DNA of 60,275 bases, filler included, from Sphacelaria rigidula (GCA_964200075.2; 7 parts of 7 records of this genome joined end to end with filler, not necessarily neighbours in it); one strand, 5' to 3'. Positions 35,497-49,964 are shown, counted from the whole stretch's first letter. Notes: generated by a model from the letters alone, not told the origin. Numbers and translations: made by a program.

Positions 35497-38400
35497 ATGA
35501 GAGCGAGGGAAGTTCTCGATGCTTTGGACAGGGTGGCACTGTTTCGCACACAGGCAAGGCGCGGACGCATTGAGGAGATTGGAGAGGACCTTGATAGCGC
35601 GCTGTCTTTGCTTAACCTTCAAAGTCAGTCGCCGCGGCAGCAGCAGGCAACCTGTAAAACGGCTGGTACGATAACGGGTGGTGAGATATTGTACCGCATT
35701 TTTCGTCGGTGTGTCAACACCGTGTGTAACGCGCTGATTTCTAAGCGTGTGCGCAGCTAACATGGACAAGGTAGAGTAGGGCACATTCCAGTAGCCCTCC
35801 AGCCCACTTTACTACCTTTACTTCGGTATGTCCATCTTCGCAAGCACCTCGACGTAGTTCAGTCCAGTCTATTCCAGTACGTCGTGGAAAATCTCACTTA
35901 TCAACCGGCACCAACACCGCACGTATCCTTGTGCTGTTCTGTTGTGGCAGGCCAGACCGAATCTCGGTAGGAGGTGTCTGCACGAATTATGATCAAAATG
36001 TTCATTATCTTCCAGCTCTTCTTTGCCATATGTGTGTTCGCTACGTTCTCTGTGCTTTCGAGGTTCCCCCCATGTGTCCTCAGATCCAAAAGCCACGTCA
36101 CGAGCAGGTGCACAGTACATGTCTCGAAACTGTTTCATCCTGATGTGCACGATGATGGTGATGGGTTGCACAACCTGCGGCACTGGACTACACTGCTGCA
36201 ATGCTATGGTGTAGCGTACTGTTGCACTGAACTACAGTTGCTGCTGGTCACACATGGAGGATGGACTACTGTACTGTACGGGACTGCACCATACTGTGCG
36301 GTGCTGTTCCACGCTGTACTGCACTTTGCTGTGTTGTACTGCTCTGTAACGTACAGTAGTTTTTCTCGACCACCCCTAGAGGCGAGGCGGGACCTGCATG
36401 TATTACCACATGAGCGATGGATCTTATCAACCTTTTGTCTTGCTAGATTTGGCTCATTTCGAGAGGCAAATACGTTGTCGATGGCACTGCTATACTATCA
36501 CACTAGGTGTCCAGATTATCAAGGTCAGCTGTTGCAGATAGCCATGTGTTACAGCGGTAGAACGAAAGAGCCAATTTTCGTGTCCCACTCCTCCCGGCGG
36601 CGGCACCACGCCTGACACGTACATATCCTACAGGTACTGTGAGCGTTGCGCAAAACGTCGATCGCGTGGTCCTAGACTGGTCTACCGGAGTAATTGTCAA
36701 GCTTTCGGGTGGTCTTTTGGGACAGCTGTCATCCACCGCAAGAACAAACAGCACATCCGATAGTGGACTGGCAGACCGCCCTCCTCTCCTCGCCACCAAA
36801 GGAGGAAACAGAAACAGCAGCAAGGCAAGCTCTCGGCCGGCAGCAGCAGACCCAACCGGCAACAGCAATCGAGCATCGAATCATGACGGTCTTGGCGGCG
36901 GGGATGTTAGTGACAGCAACAAAGTCGCTGATCACGAGCAACAGAAACTCGACCAGCGCAAGCTTCACAATCAGAACGCGCAGCGATGGCTGTCGGATGC
37001 GCGGACGTGGCAAGCATTTGTGCTGTCGCTGACCGGGTGCGCCGCGACCGATCCCGCCGGCACCCAGCTGCCTCAGAGCGCCGGTGTGGCCATCCTTCGA
37101 GCAGCAGTTTTCACCGTACGACAAGGCCGACATAACAGCAGCAGCCGTGGTGGTGGTGATGATGATGATGGTGATAATCGTAGTGATAAAGTCTTGAGTT
37201 GGGAAAGCAACGACGGTGGGGAGGACCACCGGAGAATCAACGATGGCCAAGAAAAAGTTGCCACAATCGATGGTCATACCTCCCAGTTATCAGTGGCAGC
37301 TAAGAAAGAAATGTCGTCGAGCGAGTGGGCATTCCTGGCGATTTGCGCACTCTGTTCTGGCGTCGCGGCGGTAGCATCAGCACGCCGGCATTTGGAGAAA
37401 CGTGGGTGGACTTCCGTGCAGAAGCCCCACGACAGTAGTAACAGTGTCCTCGTGAACACTGCATTACTTCGGAGAAAGCGAGCGACGCCACCGCCGCCAT
37501 TGACCGTTGCTACCACAGCGACCGGGAGCGGTGCGCCTGCGGTGTCGGCAAGGCTTGGTTTCGTGGAGAGACTTCTTGATGGGCGAGATAGCGGTGGTGG
37601 CGGCGAGGAACATGGAGGTCGGGAAGGTCGGGCACTGTTGAGGTCGTCGCTTGACGCTTTCGCCACCTTCTTGGAGGACGTGATCCGCGAGCATGGGCTA
37701 TTTGGTGGTGGTGGTGGTGGCGACCGGAACCTTGATGATACATCTAGGGGCTTGGTAAATGATGCGCTCACTCATCTACTACGCTTTCAAGTCCGGTTGC
37801 AAGGGAACCAGCCCAACAGGCGCAAGGTACAAGTACATGATCAGCGGGGGCGTGTGTGTGCGCCGCCGTAAAGTCTGGTTCGAAAGGTGCAACGTTCGTG
37901 CGAGGTATTTTGTCAGACGGGTGTAGTGTGCTGCAGCTGTTGTACCGCACAGGAACTCTGGTTGTTCTGTAGCTCAACGAAAGAAACGAAGTTGAAAGTG
38001 ACGTTCGTGGTTGTGGAAATATACATGGAGTAGGCCGGCGCTGCCCGGGTCCTTTGGCGACTCTGCATCATCAAGTGGTACCTGAAGGTTTGAACCAGCG
38101 TTTCAGTGTATCAGAATGCCTCACCAAAATTGGATCGCTTTCTCGACATGCCTAGTCGGGTTCTGTGTCGGTACTTTCCAGCCGTGTCGAGACATCTAAT
38201 GAAAGAGCAACGCCCGACTGAGTACTCTTACATAATCTTTGACCACCCTTGATTCCAGGTGTTCTCCTCGTGCTGTTCGAAGCTGATGGGCCCTTTGTTC
38301 GACACTTTGCGTGATGCCGAAACGGGACCGTCGGTCAGCCCTTCACTCGCGTCCGCTGCAGTGGCCCTCATTTGGGACGCGCTTTTCCACGAAGAGCACC

Positions 38401-41400
38401 TAGAGGGATACCGAGAGGCGTTCACCGCTGCGGAAGCTGCAGCCGCCGCCGCCTCTTCCTCCACCGCTGCTGCCGCCACCGCATCGGTTGAACCTGCTAC
38501 TTTGCCGGCAACCGGATCGACCGAAACCGGCTCAAAAAAGCGCAGACGCAAACGCAACAGGAGCGGTGATGGTGCAAATGAAACCAGTAATCTCAGTGCT
38601 AGTATTGGTGAGAGTGGCAGTGGTGCTGCACGTAGCGGTGCTGCGCCTCAACGCGCGTGCTACCAACAGCAGCTCCTAGACGAGATGGCCAAGCTCGTAG
38701 GAAGGGGAGGGATGGAAATGTCGGAGCACGCCGCGAAGATGATAACGCCGGGGCGTCTTGGTGCGATGATGGGCGCGCCTATTCTACTGGAGGGCTTTAT
38801 CGTGCGCCTGACGGACCAGATGCAGAATGGTAAAAGTGCGGATATTCACCAGGCCGCGAGCAGTGGTGTGGCAGCTGCGGCGTCTGGTGGAGGGCGCGGT
38901 GGCTCCGCTATTGGTGGGAAACGACCCCGGTCTTCAGCTGGGGTTTCAATTCATGCAGCGGGTGGCGGCGGTGGCGGCGGTGGCGGTGGAGGCTCTAACC
39001 TTTCACGGGCGTCTCTGATGTTCAAGATGTGGACTTCTCTGACACGAGCTCTATCTCCGCTGTGCTTCGATGGGAGTAAGGACGATATGCTGTCGGGGCG
39101 CGAGGGAATCACGTCGAGCCTTGTCCCGTTCTTACGGTCGACTAACGCTATGCTGCACTCTCTCGTGGCGCACGACGTGTACCGCGTCAACGAAGACTGG
39201 GGCGGCCGGGAGTTTAAGCAACTGGAGGCGTTTGCTGCTACACTTTTTTCTCTCGCCGACAGCGTCCACCCGGCGGCCCTTGCCGCAGCCCCTGCCGCCG
39301 TAGCTTCGGAGGCAAGTAACAGTCCTCGTGATGATGCTGTTGTTGCCGAAGCGCCACGGCAATTCTTGAAGGCATTTCATGCGCTGCTGAGGATGAACCA
39401 TAACATCCTCCATGACAAGCTGCGTAAGTTGTTTCGCATGGCCTTCGAGTGGAGCGCCGCCGCCGTACCAGCCGTGGGTCGGGCGGCCGCCGCCGCAGGC
39501 GTCGCAGCCGCCAACGATGCTGCTGACCATGGAAGTGCTGCGCAAAGGCCGGAGGAACCTTTGCGGCCGTTGGCCGTCGCCCTCGTAGTCAGTCTGGTAG
39601 ACACGTACGGCCGATTGCGGCAGATGGATCACCTGGTCCATGCCCTGTTCGGGGCCATCAGTGACAGTCCGATGGCGACGGCCGGTATGCTGAGGGGCGA
39701 AGAGTGCACGTCGGCGCTCGGACGGTGAGTGCATACGATGACTATAATAGTTTCACGTGTTGTTGCATACGGGTATCCGTGTAATGGTGTGGCAGTGAGC
39801 TTGTGAGCAGCATCGCTCGTGAGATCATCTCCTGCTCGTTCTTCGTGAGTTGCGTAGCGAGTTGAGAGGGAGTCAGTGGCCCATTTTTTCCCCTTCCACG
39901 CTGGGCTACCGATGGCAACATTTCCTCCTGTCTATTGCCCCACGAGCGGTCGACTTCGAGGAAGGAAACACACAAGAGGCGTCAATCGCTCTCATATGCT
40001 TCGTGTGGTTTTCCTTATCTGGCTAAGCTCATGTCTCGATTTCATTCACTACCCAATCCACTCTCCGCACACACACTTGAGAGACTATTTTCATTCAGGA
40101 CCCTCTCCTCAGCTTTTCCCGTCCTCTGCCCTCGTCACCCGCCCGCGCTGTTCCACCTCTCCAACGCAGCGCATTCCAACGACTACCGGAGGGACAGATC
40201 GAATCCATGTGGCATGTCTTCGCCGTTCATCTGCGCGCGGGATGGGTGTCTGCCGCGACGACCTCGGTAAACGCGAAGGAAGTGGTTGTGGACAAAGGTG
40301 TGGGGGCCCAGGAAGAGGTCGATGTGAGCGACACCGGCGGCAGTCGAGAGACAAGGTTGTTGGCGAGGGAGTTGGACGGCGAAATTTTTGTTCTGTTCTT
40401 GCGGAACTTGCACGTGACGAGCAGCGTCGCAGGCGGCGTCGGGGAGTTGTGCTCAAGACTAGCGGAGGAGGTGCGGAAACTGACCTCTTTCTTGTTTTGG
40501 AGGGTCCACGCGGATGAAACATGCATGTAGCCATATATGCACGACCGAAGTGCAACACTACTGTCATCGAAGTCGCTACATGCACATCTTTGGTTCGACG
40601 TAGGGCTCCAAGACTTGATACCGGGAAGAATCGGACAACCCCCCCCTGCCACCCTCTCAAGTTCACGTTATTTAACCGGGACGCTCGTGTGGTTCCGCTC
40701 CCCCACCATACTCTTGCCCGTCCACAGAGTCTTAAGAGCTTTTCTGCGGTGCTGCATCATTCGGAAGCTGCGTGTGTAGTCCACGCCCCGCAGTCACCCT
40801 CGTGTGCTGGCGAGAAGAAGAAGAAGAAGAGGAAAAAAGAAAAGGCAGGGGAAGAGCGGGTGGAGTCATCGGGGTCTCGAGAAGGAGGGGGAAGTGACGT
40901 TGGTCTTACCATTGAGGCTATGCTGGCGTTGAGGCCAGCACTCGACATCCACGGCTGGCTGCTGGATCTCGATACACGGTAAATAAAGAAAGATCGACAG
41001 TGACGGGGCGGGAAACAGAGAGGGACAGATGGACAGATAGAGAAGGGATCAGGATGTATTGGCACGAGAGAAAATTCGAGACATTGGGAAGGCAAGAGCA
41101 GAGATTATGAGATGCGGGTGTCCTCTGTGTGTTTCAATTGTTATGTTATTGCGACCGCTACCACCATTCATCGGTCCAACGGCATTGCACAATTGTACGT
41201 ACACGTTTTGTCCTGTATATCTTCATGTTGTTCGCGGTCGTGGACACAAGACAACCTTTACTCAAGGTGATGACGAACTCTTGAATTGAAAAATTCCGAA
41301 GTTTTCCCCTCGTAACGCCCACCTTTTACCCCGTTGCAAATCTCCGTCGCCCCCACTGTGCTCCCACCTTCAAACACCTATTTATCCCTCGACGCCTTTC

Positions 41401-42662
41401 TCTAATGACGGGATCAGCTGTCGCTTTTGGTCTGCAATCCTGGACTCCCAAGATGGACCGGTACCATATCTCCCGGAGTCGATCCCAATAGCCGCCACAA
41501 CCGCCGCCGACATCAGCGACCAAGCAACCGTCGACACGACGTCGGAACCCCCCGTCTCGTCGACCACCGGAGCGGTTTCAGAGGGAGCGTTGCCGCGAAT
41601 CATGAAGATCGCAACCGCCCTGCTTACCTGTAGCGGGGGCAGCGACAGCAGGGGCGCCAGCGCTAGCGGCGGCGGGCATCATACTCCAGCGTCTGATGGA
41701 GGACAGGACGCTGCTCGGGCTAGACTCGCGCAAACCTTGCAGCAGGTCGCCATCCACCGCGTCCAGCAAATTCATGCTCGTCTTAACGGCGTGGAGGCAC
41801 TGGAGAAGCATGGGTCGAAGGCGGCGGTGAGTGGGAGTGAGGAGCAGCGTGGGGACGAAGGGGGCGAAGAAGGGCGTTTGGAGAGTGAGGCTCGCGGATT
41901 GGTCGCGTTTGCGTGCACCAGTGCGATAGGGTCGAGTACCGGCGGAGGGCGGGGGGCGGAGGGAGAGGGGAGCTGCCCCAGTGGGGCGTGGGGGGATGAG
42001 GACGATGAGGCTAAGCGCAGCGCGAGCTGGAGAATGATGATGCCGTATCTGCCGGTGTGGGTTGGTTTCGCGGAAGACGAACAGGTGTGACGGTCGAGCG
42101 CTTTGGACGGTTTCCTGGGTGGGGGAGGGGTTGCTACAGTATGTCATTTTGAAACTTGGCTGCATCTTGAAAGGAGGCAGCGTACTATTTGAGTCGAACA
42201 AAAAAAAAACTTGCGTAGATGTATGCGCCCATCGATTGTTTTATTTCAGGAAGGGAATCGAATCACGTATTCGGACGAGTCTGTGCTTCCGTGCCGTACA
42301 TATATATCTATGTATATATGGGGGTAGAGTTTTTTTTCGGACATTGCGACTCGAAATGTAGTTTTTGTTGTCACCCCACTTGTATCCATGTGAACTGCAT
42401 GCGCCCCATAAGTATGATCAACCGCAAACCGTTGTTGTTGATGAATCTCCGTCCTGCGAGTACGTCCGCACGTTTCCACGCTGGCGTCACACGTTCACGC
42501 CTGCTGCTGCCCGGCGTTACCTTCAGGTGGCGCGTTTTGTTGAAGCTCTATTCTCGAGGTGCGCGGCAGATGTTCTGGCCGGCCGGAGCGAAGAGGATAG
42601 CGCGCCGCTTAGACTGCTGTCGGATGCGTCGTTCTACGAGATGGAAGCGATAGCGGAGCGCG
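35497..42662 (+). CDS. URB2: Large multi-exon helical-repeat protein, URB2/NPA2-like nucleolar ribosome biogenesis factor, 3' truncated by the contig end
   Basis: Exons with consistent phases: 35497-35708 and 35878-35966 (both tentative), 36634-37826, 38259-39724, 40170-40470, 40728-40978, 41418-42084 and 42527-42662. The segments VDRVVLDW, LVDTYGRLRQMDHL, RLPEGQIESMW and LLSDASFYEM resemble conserved URB2 blocks as I recall them. The C-terminal Urb2 domain is not in the contig. Confidence 0.6.
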
Positions 42663-43378
42663 GTGCGTGAGAACATGCCGCACGTGTCGTTTTTGCGTGA
42701 TACTCGTTCGCCTCCTTGTTTTATTTCTCATGTTTTTTCGTTGAAAACAAACTGCCTCTACTTTTTTTCGTTCTCGATATATATTTTTTTCTTTTTTCCC
42801 CCGAAACTGGGAAGAAAAAGAGAAGAAAAAGAGAAGAAAAAAGAGACAACGTATATTGTGGAGACATGCAGACATGAAACAAAAACAAGAGATACAAGAT
42901 ACGACGCCAACGGGGTATATCGGGGCTTTCCCCCCCCCCCCCCCCCCCGGGCGGGGGGGGGGGGAGGGGGGCCAAGCTGGGGGCCCCCCCCTGGGTTTTT
43001 TTTTTTTTTTTTTTACGATACTGAAAANNNNNNNNNNNNNNNNNNNNNNNNNNNNNNNNNNNNNNNNNNNNTTAATTAATTAANNNNNNNNNNNNNNNNN
43101 NNNNNNNNNNNNNNNNNNNNNNNNNNNTTTGTAGGGATGCGAGGTCAATGGTCTGATGACTATGGCAGGCATGATCATGAGTACACCCCCCCCATACACA
43201 CACAGGCATGGCTGCAGCAGTCACCGTGCAGTCGTCAGTGTAGACAGTCGGTTATTACATTTTATTTTTCTCAATATAACCGGCGTTCTCGACACCAAGC
43301 TTTTATGCATTAGTGACTTATCAGCATTTATGTATGTTTCCCCTTTCCTTCGCGCGCTTGTGTACTGCTGCGCCTCAG

Positions 43379-43867
43379 AGGAAAACTGGAGCCACACTTC
43401 TATGAGGGGCGGTTACCGGAGGAACTCGTGGCGCGCGCGAAGAAGACGCAGCACAAGTGGGGGTACGTAAAAGCACCCGTACAAGTTGCCACAGGTGTAT
43501 ATTTCAAAATCATGCTAAGTAGTCGGACATCCGGCGTGGGTGGCAAGTGGTACCCCACAGCCATGTGGGAGGTTAGTTGCAGCGCACAGCCAGGACTCCC
43601 AGTCGACGTCATGGATGGCGAGATTTTTCTTACGCCGTCAGGACGTATTTTCGTCTTCTTCAATGATTGGCGGTGGTAAGCCATACTTTCAAAAGTAGGC
43701 GTTTTTCCTCCATGATATTGCAGGTCGTGATCCACCACACCCGGGCACCGGCAAAACCATGCCGCCGGGGTTTTTCGTTGGCCTTCGGCGTCCCTGTGGC
43801 CATGCTGCATAAGGTACCCCGGCTCCCAAGATCTGTACCGTGCTCATGTCGTCCTCCTACCGTCTGA

Positions 43868-43907
<40 letters not shown>

Positions 43908-46900
43908 CTCCTCCTTGTTTTGCTGTTTTTTTTGTTCTTGTCCGCGATCGCCAACGTAAGATTCATGAAGAACTTGACGGACCGGGATCACATGCAACTG
44001 GCCACGGCGAACGACTCTGTTCACGCCAGCACCGAAAAGGTACATGGAGTATTTAATTTATATTTCGGGGCTCAGTAAACGGGTTGTATTTTTCATTCTC
44101 TTCATCCATTTTCATCCAGATTTCATCATAAAATGGATGAAAATAGGTGAAAATAGGTGAAAATGAGTGAATAAAAAGCACGTTAATTTCGGGCCCTTAG
44201 ATACGAGCCGGTCGCCCCAATGGTTCAGTTGGTAACGTCGAAACCTTTTAACGGTTGGGACGTGGAGTCGAATCCCGGTGAAGTCACACGATCCAGATTT
44301 TTTTCTCACATCATTCCCAACAGGGGAAAGCGACTATGTCGTGGGTACACAAAATTGACTTCATGATCGACGAGGTGAAGGGATCACTGAATCCTTCTCG
44401 AGGTGAAAAAAAACAAACGAGGCGAGTACCACAGAAGGAAGGTAGAATGCAACGGCAAAATAACAAAAGAAATTAAACTCCTGTGTTGATCTTTCTCCTG
44501 TGTGACTCCGGCTGATGCGTCCACATGTACCGAAAGGTGTAGACTGGCGTCCAGAATAGGTGGGATGACAACGCACAGCCCATGTAATTACGAGAACAGG
44601 TGCGGGTCCGGCCTGACTGGATCAGCCTACATGAAAACTACGTCGTGGTCGGCACGTGTTGATAGCTTTAGATCCCGGGTTTTCTGTGCCTGTTTAGGTC
44701 CGCTTCTTGGGAAATTTTGTTCTGGCGCGTCCCACAAGAATGCCGGCGCTATTTAAAAAACTTCGATGTCATCATCCGGCAGCGGTTAGGTATCCATTGG
44801 GGGGAGGTTTTTTAATGGATCCGCCACAAACGTGCGAGAACGACGCAGTAGGTTGACCTACATGAAGTATCCCTGTACCAAGTATTAGATCCATAATGAG
44901 TACGGCATATCTCTTGCGGTACGAACCGCTTTTGTGAGCATAAGGCTTGAGGGTAGGGGCAGTCTCTGAATATAGAATGTCGACCTAAGGATATGATAAT
45001 GGACACACCCAAACCCTCGTATAGGTTCACCTTTTTCCATAGGTACACCTGCTGTAAGACACTCGGTCAATCACGGAATTGTGCTTGTGAGTCGACGGCG
45101 ACAATTCGAACCTGTAGACCCGCTCCTTCCCCCCGTTAACGCCATTGGCGTGTGCTGTTGATGATGACGGCATAAATGCGTGACACATGAACACACGGCA
45201 CAGGTGAAGGGCGTGACAAGCAATGTTCCCGTTGCTGCAGTCGGGTCAGTTCCGGCAGTTGAGGGAAGTAAAAGCTCCATGACGGGGATGATGCCACCGC
45301 CACCGAGGGGCAGCAAACGATCGGGAGATAGCCGTCGAGGCGATGGTGGTGCCGAGTATGGTGACGAGAGCGGCGGCAGCGACAGGAGGACGGAGAGAAA
45401 GCGGCAGCGCAAGGGGGAAAGGGATAGGCACGCGGTTGTGCTGGATGAGATCGCGCCAAAGGAGACGGGTAGACAAGCAATTGTGGTGAGTGCTCACCTG
45501 CTTTTTCCTTTACGATTCTCGATTATCACTCAAGCGCGCCGGGGCTGCTTTCGAGGACCACCTCGGTAGAATCCGCGCCGCGGGGACCACCTTCTGCTTG
45601 GCTTTTGCTCAAGTCTGGTCAGAATTCAATGATAAACGTTGATTTTGTCAAGGGCCACCAGGAAACACCCGTGGGGACAGCAACGGCACGCCTTCGAATG
45701 TCAAATCACACGCGCACACGCCGTCGCTCGCCCTCCAAAACTGAATGGATATCTGTCCAACAACGAATGATGTGTGTAGATGGGCAAGGGCTCGCGCTGG
45801 AGCTAAGGAGCGTGAGTGGTGGGTGTCTATGCATGCTTCTCGGGGGCTCGGCGTGTCGTGTCGTGTGTTCACGTGTCCGGTCCGTTCTGAACCATTACAG
45901 GGATGTTGGTTGGACCAACAGCCATATCGATTGATTGGTTGATTCATTGGTTGATTGTCGCACTTTAACTGTCCCCACAGGAATCCAGCCGTGGTAACAT
46001 GATCGACGTACCCAAGACAAGACAAGACTGAAACACTCGCTGAAAAAAAAGAAGAAAGAGAAAAAATCGAAAAAAACGACATAACGAGAACCGCTGCATT
46101 TTTCGAACCTGTGTCCAGATATGGCATGGATCTGGACATTGATTTTTTTTCTAGACTCGAAGTGGCCGTTGTGGGCACAAAAATGTCCGCAAATGGGGTT
46201 CTAGAAAACTTGTTTTCTGCCCCGTTGAGACACGGCCGTATTTCAGTGAGACACGGCCATATTTTTGTAAAACACGATCTTAACTCCATTTTCACGGGAT
46301 TTGGTGCCTGTAGACACCGGTCACAATTTAGGACGGTCCCTTTTCTTTTCGTGTTTTTTTCAGGAATAGGAAAGACAACACAAATACGTCAGGTCAAAAG
46401 GTGGGTACGCTTTTCACTGAATGACCACATCTAGATGCGGGACACGGCAGAATCGGAGGCGCACATCGGGGTAGCAACAAACAGTGCACAGATCGGCTCA
46501 TGATTGGACATTGCCCAGATGCGGCAGGCACACTCACCGCAAAACCGAAAGCCAAGCATGTGTCACATCACCCACGTGAACCACGAGTGATGAGTTCGCC
46601 ACTATTTCTAGGGTAACTTGCACCGACGCTTCCCTGGACACCACATACTGGCAGGATAAGCGGCGAGCGGTAGGCGCTCAAACACACGCCGCCGCAAAGG
46701 AACGCGAGGATGCGGCCGACGGTTTGGACTTGAGCGAGTCTGCCACCATGGGCGGCGGTGACAGTTACCAAGAGATGCTCGCTCGTACCAAGAACAACAA
46801 GCAACGTCGACAGACAGCCAAGGAGGTGTGCTAGTTACGTCCTTGTTTTCCTCAGCGGAAAGTTCGGCGCAGTTTGCCACATTGTACTACTGTCTGTAGA

Positions 46901-47257
46901 CAGCACATACGGAACCACGACATGAGAGAGGCACTTAGCAATGACCTGGCGCACAGGCAAGTCCGTCAACGAGAGTATAGGTCGACGCCGGACTGTGGCG
47001 GATTCAGCGTTTATAGATACTCGGGAGCTGAGTGGCCTATTTGCATTGATATCTTTCTGAGGAGTCAGCTATGATGTTGATACTCGCGCTCTCCAACGGT
47101 CGTGGCTTGTTTTCTATCTCACATGCCCCCTCAACAGGAAAAGCTCATGGGCCTGGCGGCGAAAGAAGAGGAGAAACGGGCCGCTTTTTTAGCGCAGATG
47201 GGCTTGAATCTGAAGGCGGGTCAGAAAATCACCATACAACCGCGCCGTGACGGATGA
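43379..47257 (+). CDS. SCI1-like (style cell-cycle inhibitor 1 family) nuclear protein, 3' portion
   Basis: Exons with consistent phases: 43379-43462 (GKLEPHFYEG..TQHKWG), 43961-44039 (FMKNLTDRD..), 45204-45485 (..VVLDEIAPKETGRQAIV), 46655-46825 (DKRRAVG..MGGGDSYQEM) and 47138-47257 (..AFLAQMGL..QPRRDG*). The family assignment is from recalled motifs. Confidence 0.65.
44211..44420 (+). mobile_element. tRNA-derived SINE-like element (or tRNA pseudogene) in an intron
   Basis: A-box TGGTTCAGTTGG (44221-44232), B-box GAGTCGAATCC (44265-44275) and a CTTTTAA anticodon-loop-like segment. The stems pair poorly, and a non-tRNA body with an A-rich stretch follows. Confidence 0.55.
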
Positions 47258-48130
47258 AACTTGACCTGTCGCATTAGTGGTAGCTTGTCTCTTGTCTTCG
47301 CGTTGTTTTGGTGGACCGGAATGCACAGAGCACCTCAAATGTTAGCACGGTCTCTGGCATAGCGAAATAGTAGCACTTGGATAGCGCGATTTGCTAAAGG
47401 CTTGTGAGGATTGGAGCGGCGGTGCGGGAGGGGCTGGTGAAGACTGCAGCAGACTTATTAAAATGTACTCGACATTTCAGCTTGATGTATATTATGCACG
47501 TTTTGCTATCTTTCAATATCCTGCACATGCGTGATCCATAAATACTATTGGGTGGTACCATCATTATTGCTTCAGGCGGTAGGTACGAGTACTGGCTACG
47601 GGGATTGCCGCGCCAGCCCGTGCTGTGCTCGTGACAAGTGAAAATAGGCGGAAGCCACCAAAGGTGAAGCATTTAATAATGCTTCGACTGCCCATGCTAT
47701 GTGTGTCGAGTCCTTGTCCGCTGACCGTCCCCCCACTTTTCGGAAGATGGTCTATCGTACGTGTGCGGACGGACGCTATATGAACATGGGGTTATTGTAA
47801 CGAGCTGCACGAGAGTAAGTCAAGAGGAATGTTCTCCCCTTCCACATATAGTTTGTTTTAGTGTGTGGTGGAATCCTCGTGCATCCATAACTACACGTAA
47901 TGCTGGCGCGCCGCTGCTGCTTTTGTTGTGCGGCGACTGGGACTGGCTGCTGGTCATGACAAGTGCACAAAGAGTCATGCCACGATTCACATGCGCGGCA
48001 ACGGCCTCCGTGTAGGTTTTGCCCCTCCGCAACCACGACCTCCTGTCCACTACATGAGCCCCTACACTAGTGAGAAGGAAACAAAATGTTTAGACCGTAC
48101 GCCATCGAGCGGGTTTGGAGACGAAATCTG

Positions 48131-48725
48131 CAAGGCTGTGTTTTGTAGGGTACGGTTTTCTGTGCTCCCGGGGTATTTTCCCGCGTGTATTTACCGTACC
48201 CGACAGTTCTGTGACTCCTGTAAGACTCTTATACTAGTCCCTGACAAATCTGGAATCTCTGCAAGACTTTCATATTCTTACCCGATAGTTGCTGTGAGTT
48301 CTGCAAGCCTCTCGTACCGTTACCGGGGGCACGGGTACGCTCTTGACAATAAACCCGGTTGTGGGTACGATTTTCTGTGCAACCTCCATACCCCCTACCC
48401 GACAGTTTCTGTGAGTTCTGGAAGCCTCCTACGGTATACCCTCACCCGACAGTTCTGTGAGTTCTGTACAGAATGTTCACACGTACCTGGAGCGCGGGTA
48501 TGCTCTTATAAAAATACCAAACTTCCGGTACGATTTTTCTGTAAGCCCCCTATACCGTACCCGACAAGTTCTGTAATTCCTGTAAGACTTTCATCCGGTT
48601 CCCGTACACGACAGTTCTGTGAGCTCTGTAAGCCTCCCATACCCCTACCCGGGGTTAGGGCATACCGTCGTAGATATACCCGATTGCAGGTACGAACACA
48701 GATATATACCTTGCGGAGGTATGGA
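48131..48725 (+). mobile_element. MITE-like element, same family as 17300-17807
   Basis: Starts CAAGGCTGTGTTTTGTAGGGTACGGTTTTCTGT and has repeated CCCGACAGTTCTGTGAGTTCTG units. A short additional fragment lies at 49366-49470. Confidence 0.7.
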
Positions 48726-49964
48726 TACAGGCTTAATCCAAGCACAACCTCAAGACCTGAACACGTACCACCCATCGATCATCCCACACCAATACTTCTT
48801 TCAATACTGCACACCGACAATAATTCATGTTGGAAATTTCTTTAGTTTGGAATCTGACGGGATACCAGGTACTGCTGAGTGGAAACACAAAAAAACATGA
48901 CCAGCACTGCTGCAGACCGTCAGGATGGATCACCCCCAGACTCGAGTGGTGGCTCGAGCGGGGGCGGTTCATCTGCGCCACCAAGGGATCAAGTAGCAAG
49001 ACGCACATAATCGACGTTGATGATTTTGTCGTGGTTATCAAATCCCAGACCGTTGTCAATATGCACAGCAAAGAGTATGAGCTGCCACCGGGAGTCAAGG
49101 CCATCGACGATTTTATCATGCCGGAGGGCTTCCAGAGAGCGGGCAGCTATGAATGCTCCCATATGTACCTATATTATGTACTTTCTGGGAGTGTACGTGA
49201 AGCCAATTGATGTTGACGATCCCGTGCTCATGTACTACTGTGAGTGCTCGTGTAGTCTTTCTCTATCAACGCCGTGGAGCCGTTCAGGGTTTTCGTGGAC
49301 TGTCATATGTAGTTCGCCACTGACTGTATAGTGACGTAGGTCCCATCACAGGGGTGATGATAATACCAAGGTCGTCTTCTGTACGAGTAGGGTACGCTTT
49401 TCTGTAAACCCGGGGTATTTTCCAGTTTCCGGGTATTTACCGTGCCTTACTGTTGTTCTGTGACTGAGTAATGCTACGGTAGGGGTGCACGAATATGTTC
49501 TGACGTTAGAATTCTTAGGAGCCCTTTGTCTCCTCGAAAACACGACTACTTACGAAATATGCGAGAGTACGCCAGGATAACTATTCCAATGTGGATATCC
49601 CGAAGGAATTTCCAAACGGGGATGCCCCGACCCAGATCATTGTGCATCTTGGATCTTTAGGAGCCCCTGAATCACTGTTATGCCGCCGGATGGTATTTTT
49701 TCTAGTTCATGTGCAACAGGACGTGAAGGCCTCGTTGCAATCCTGTCGAGTTGTAACAGTTAATAGGTGGCGATGATTAGGAGTGTTCAACGGCGGCTTT
49801 GTCTTCAGTCGCCTCGGGAAATCTACTTGTGGTCAACAGGACGTGAATAATCTCGGATAATCTAGTGTAGTAACAAAAAAAGTACAAAATCTTCGAAATC
49901 CACAACGAGAGATACGAGCCCCACGCCACAGAGGAAGCCGTCCGCCCGTATCAGACACTGTACC

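Noticed and set aside
9524-42662. Apparent clustering of ribosome-biogenesis genes (DEAD-box helicase, URB2) with ftsZ
   Set aside because: The genes lie on different contigs joined artificially by length, so the adjacency is meaningless.
44211-44290. Functional tRNA-Lys gene
   Set aside because: A and B boxes are present but the acceptor and anticodon stems pair poorly, so it is treated as a SINE head or pseudogene.
47928-48845. 305-aa ORF
   Set aside because: It runs through a repetitive MITE and has no protein motifs, so it is a chance open frame.
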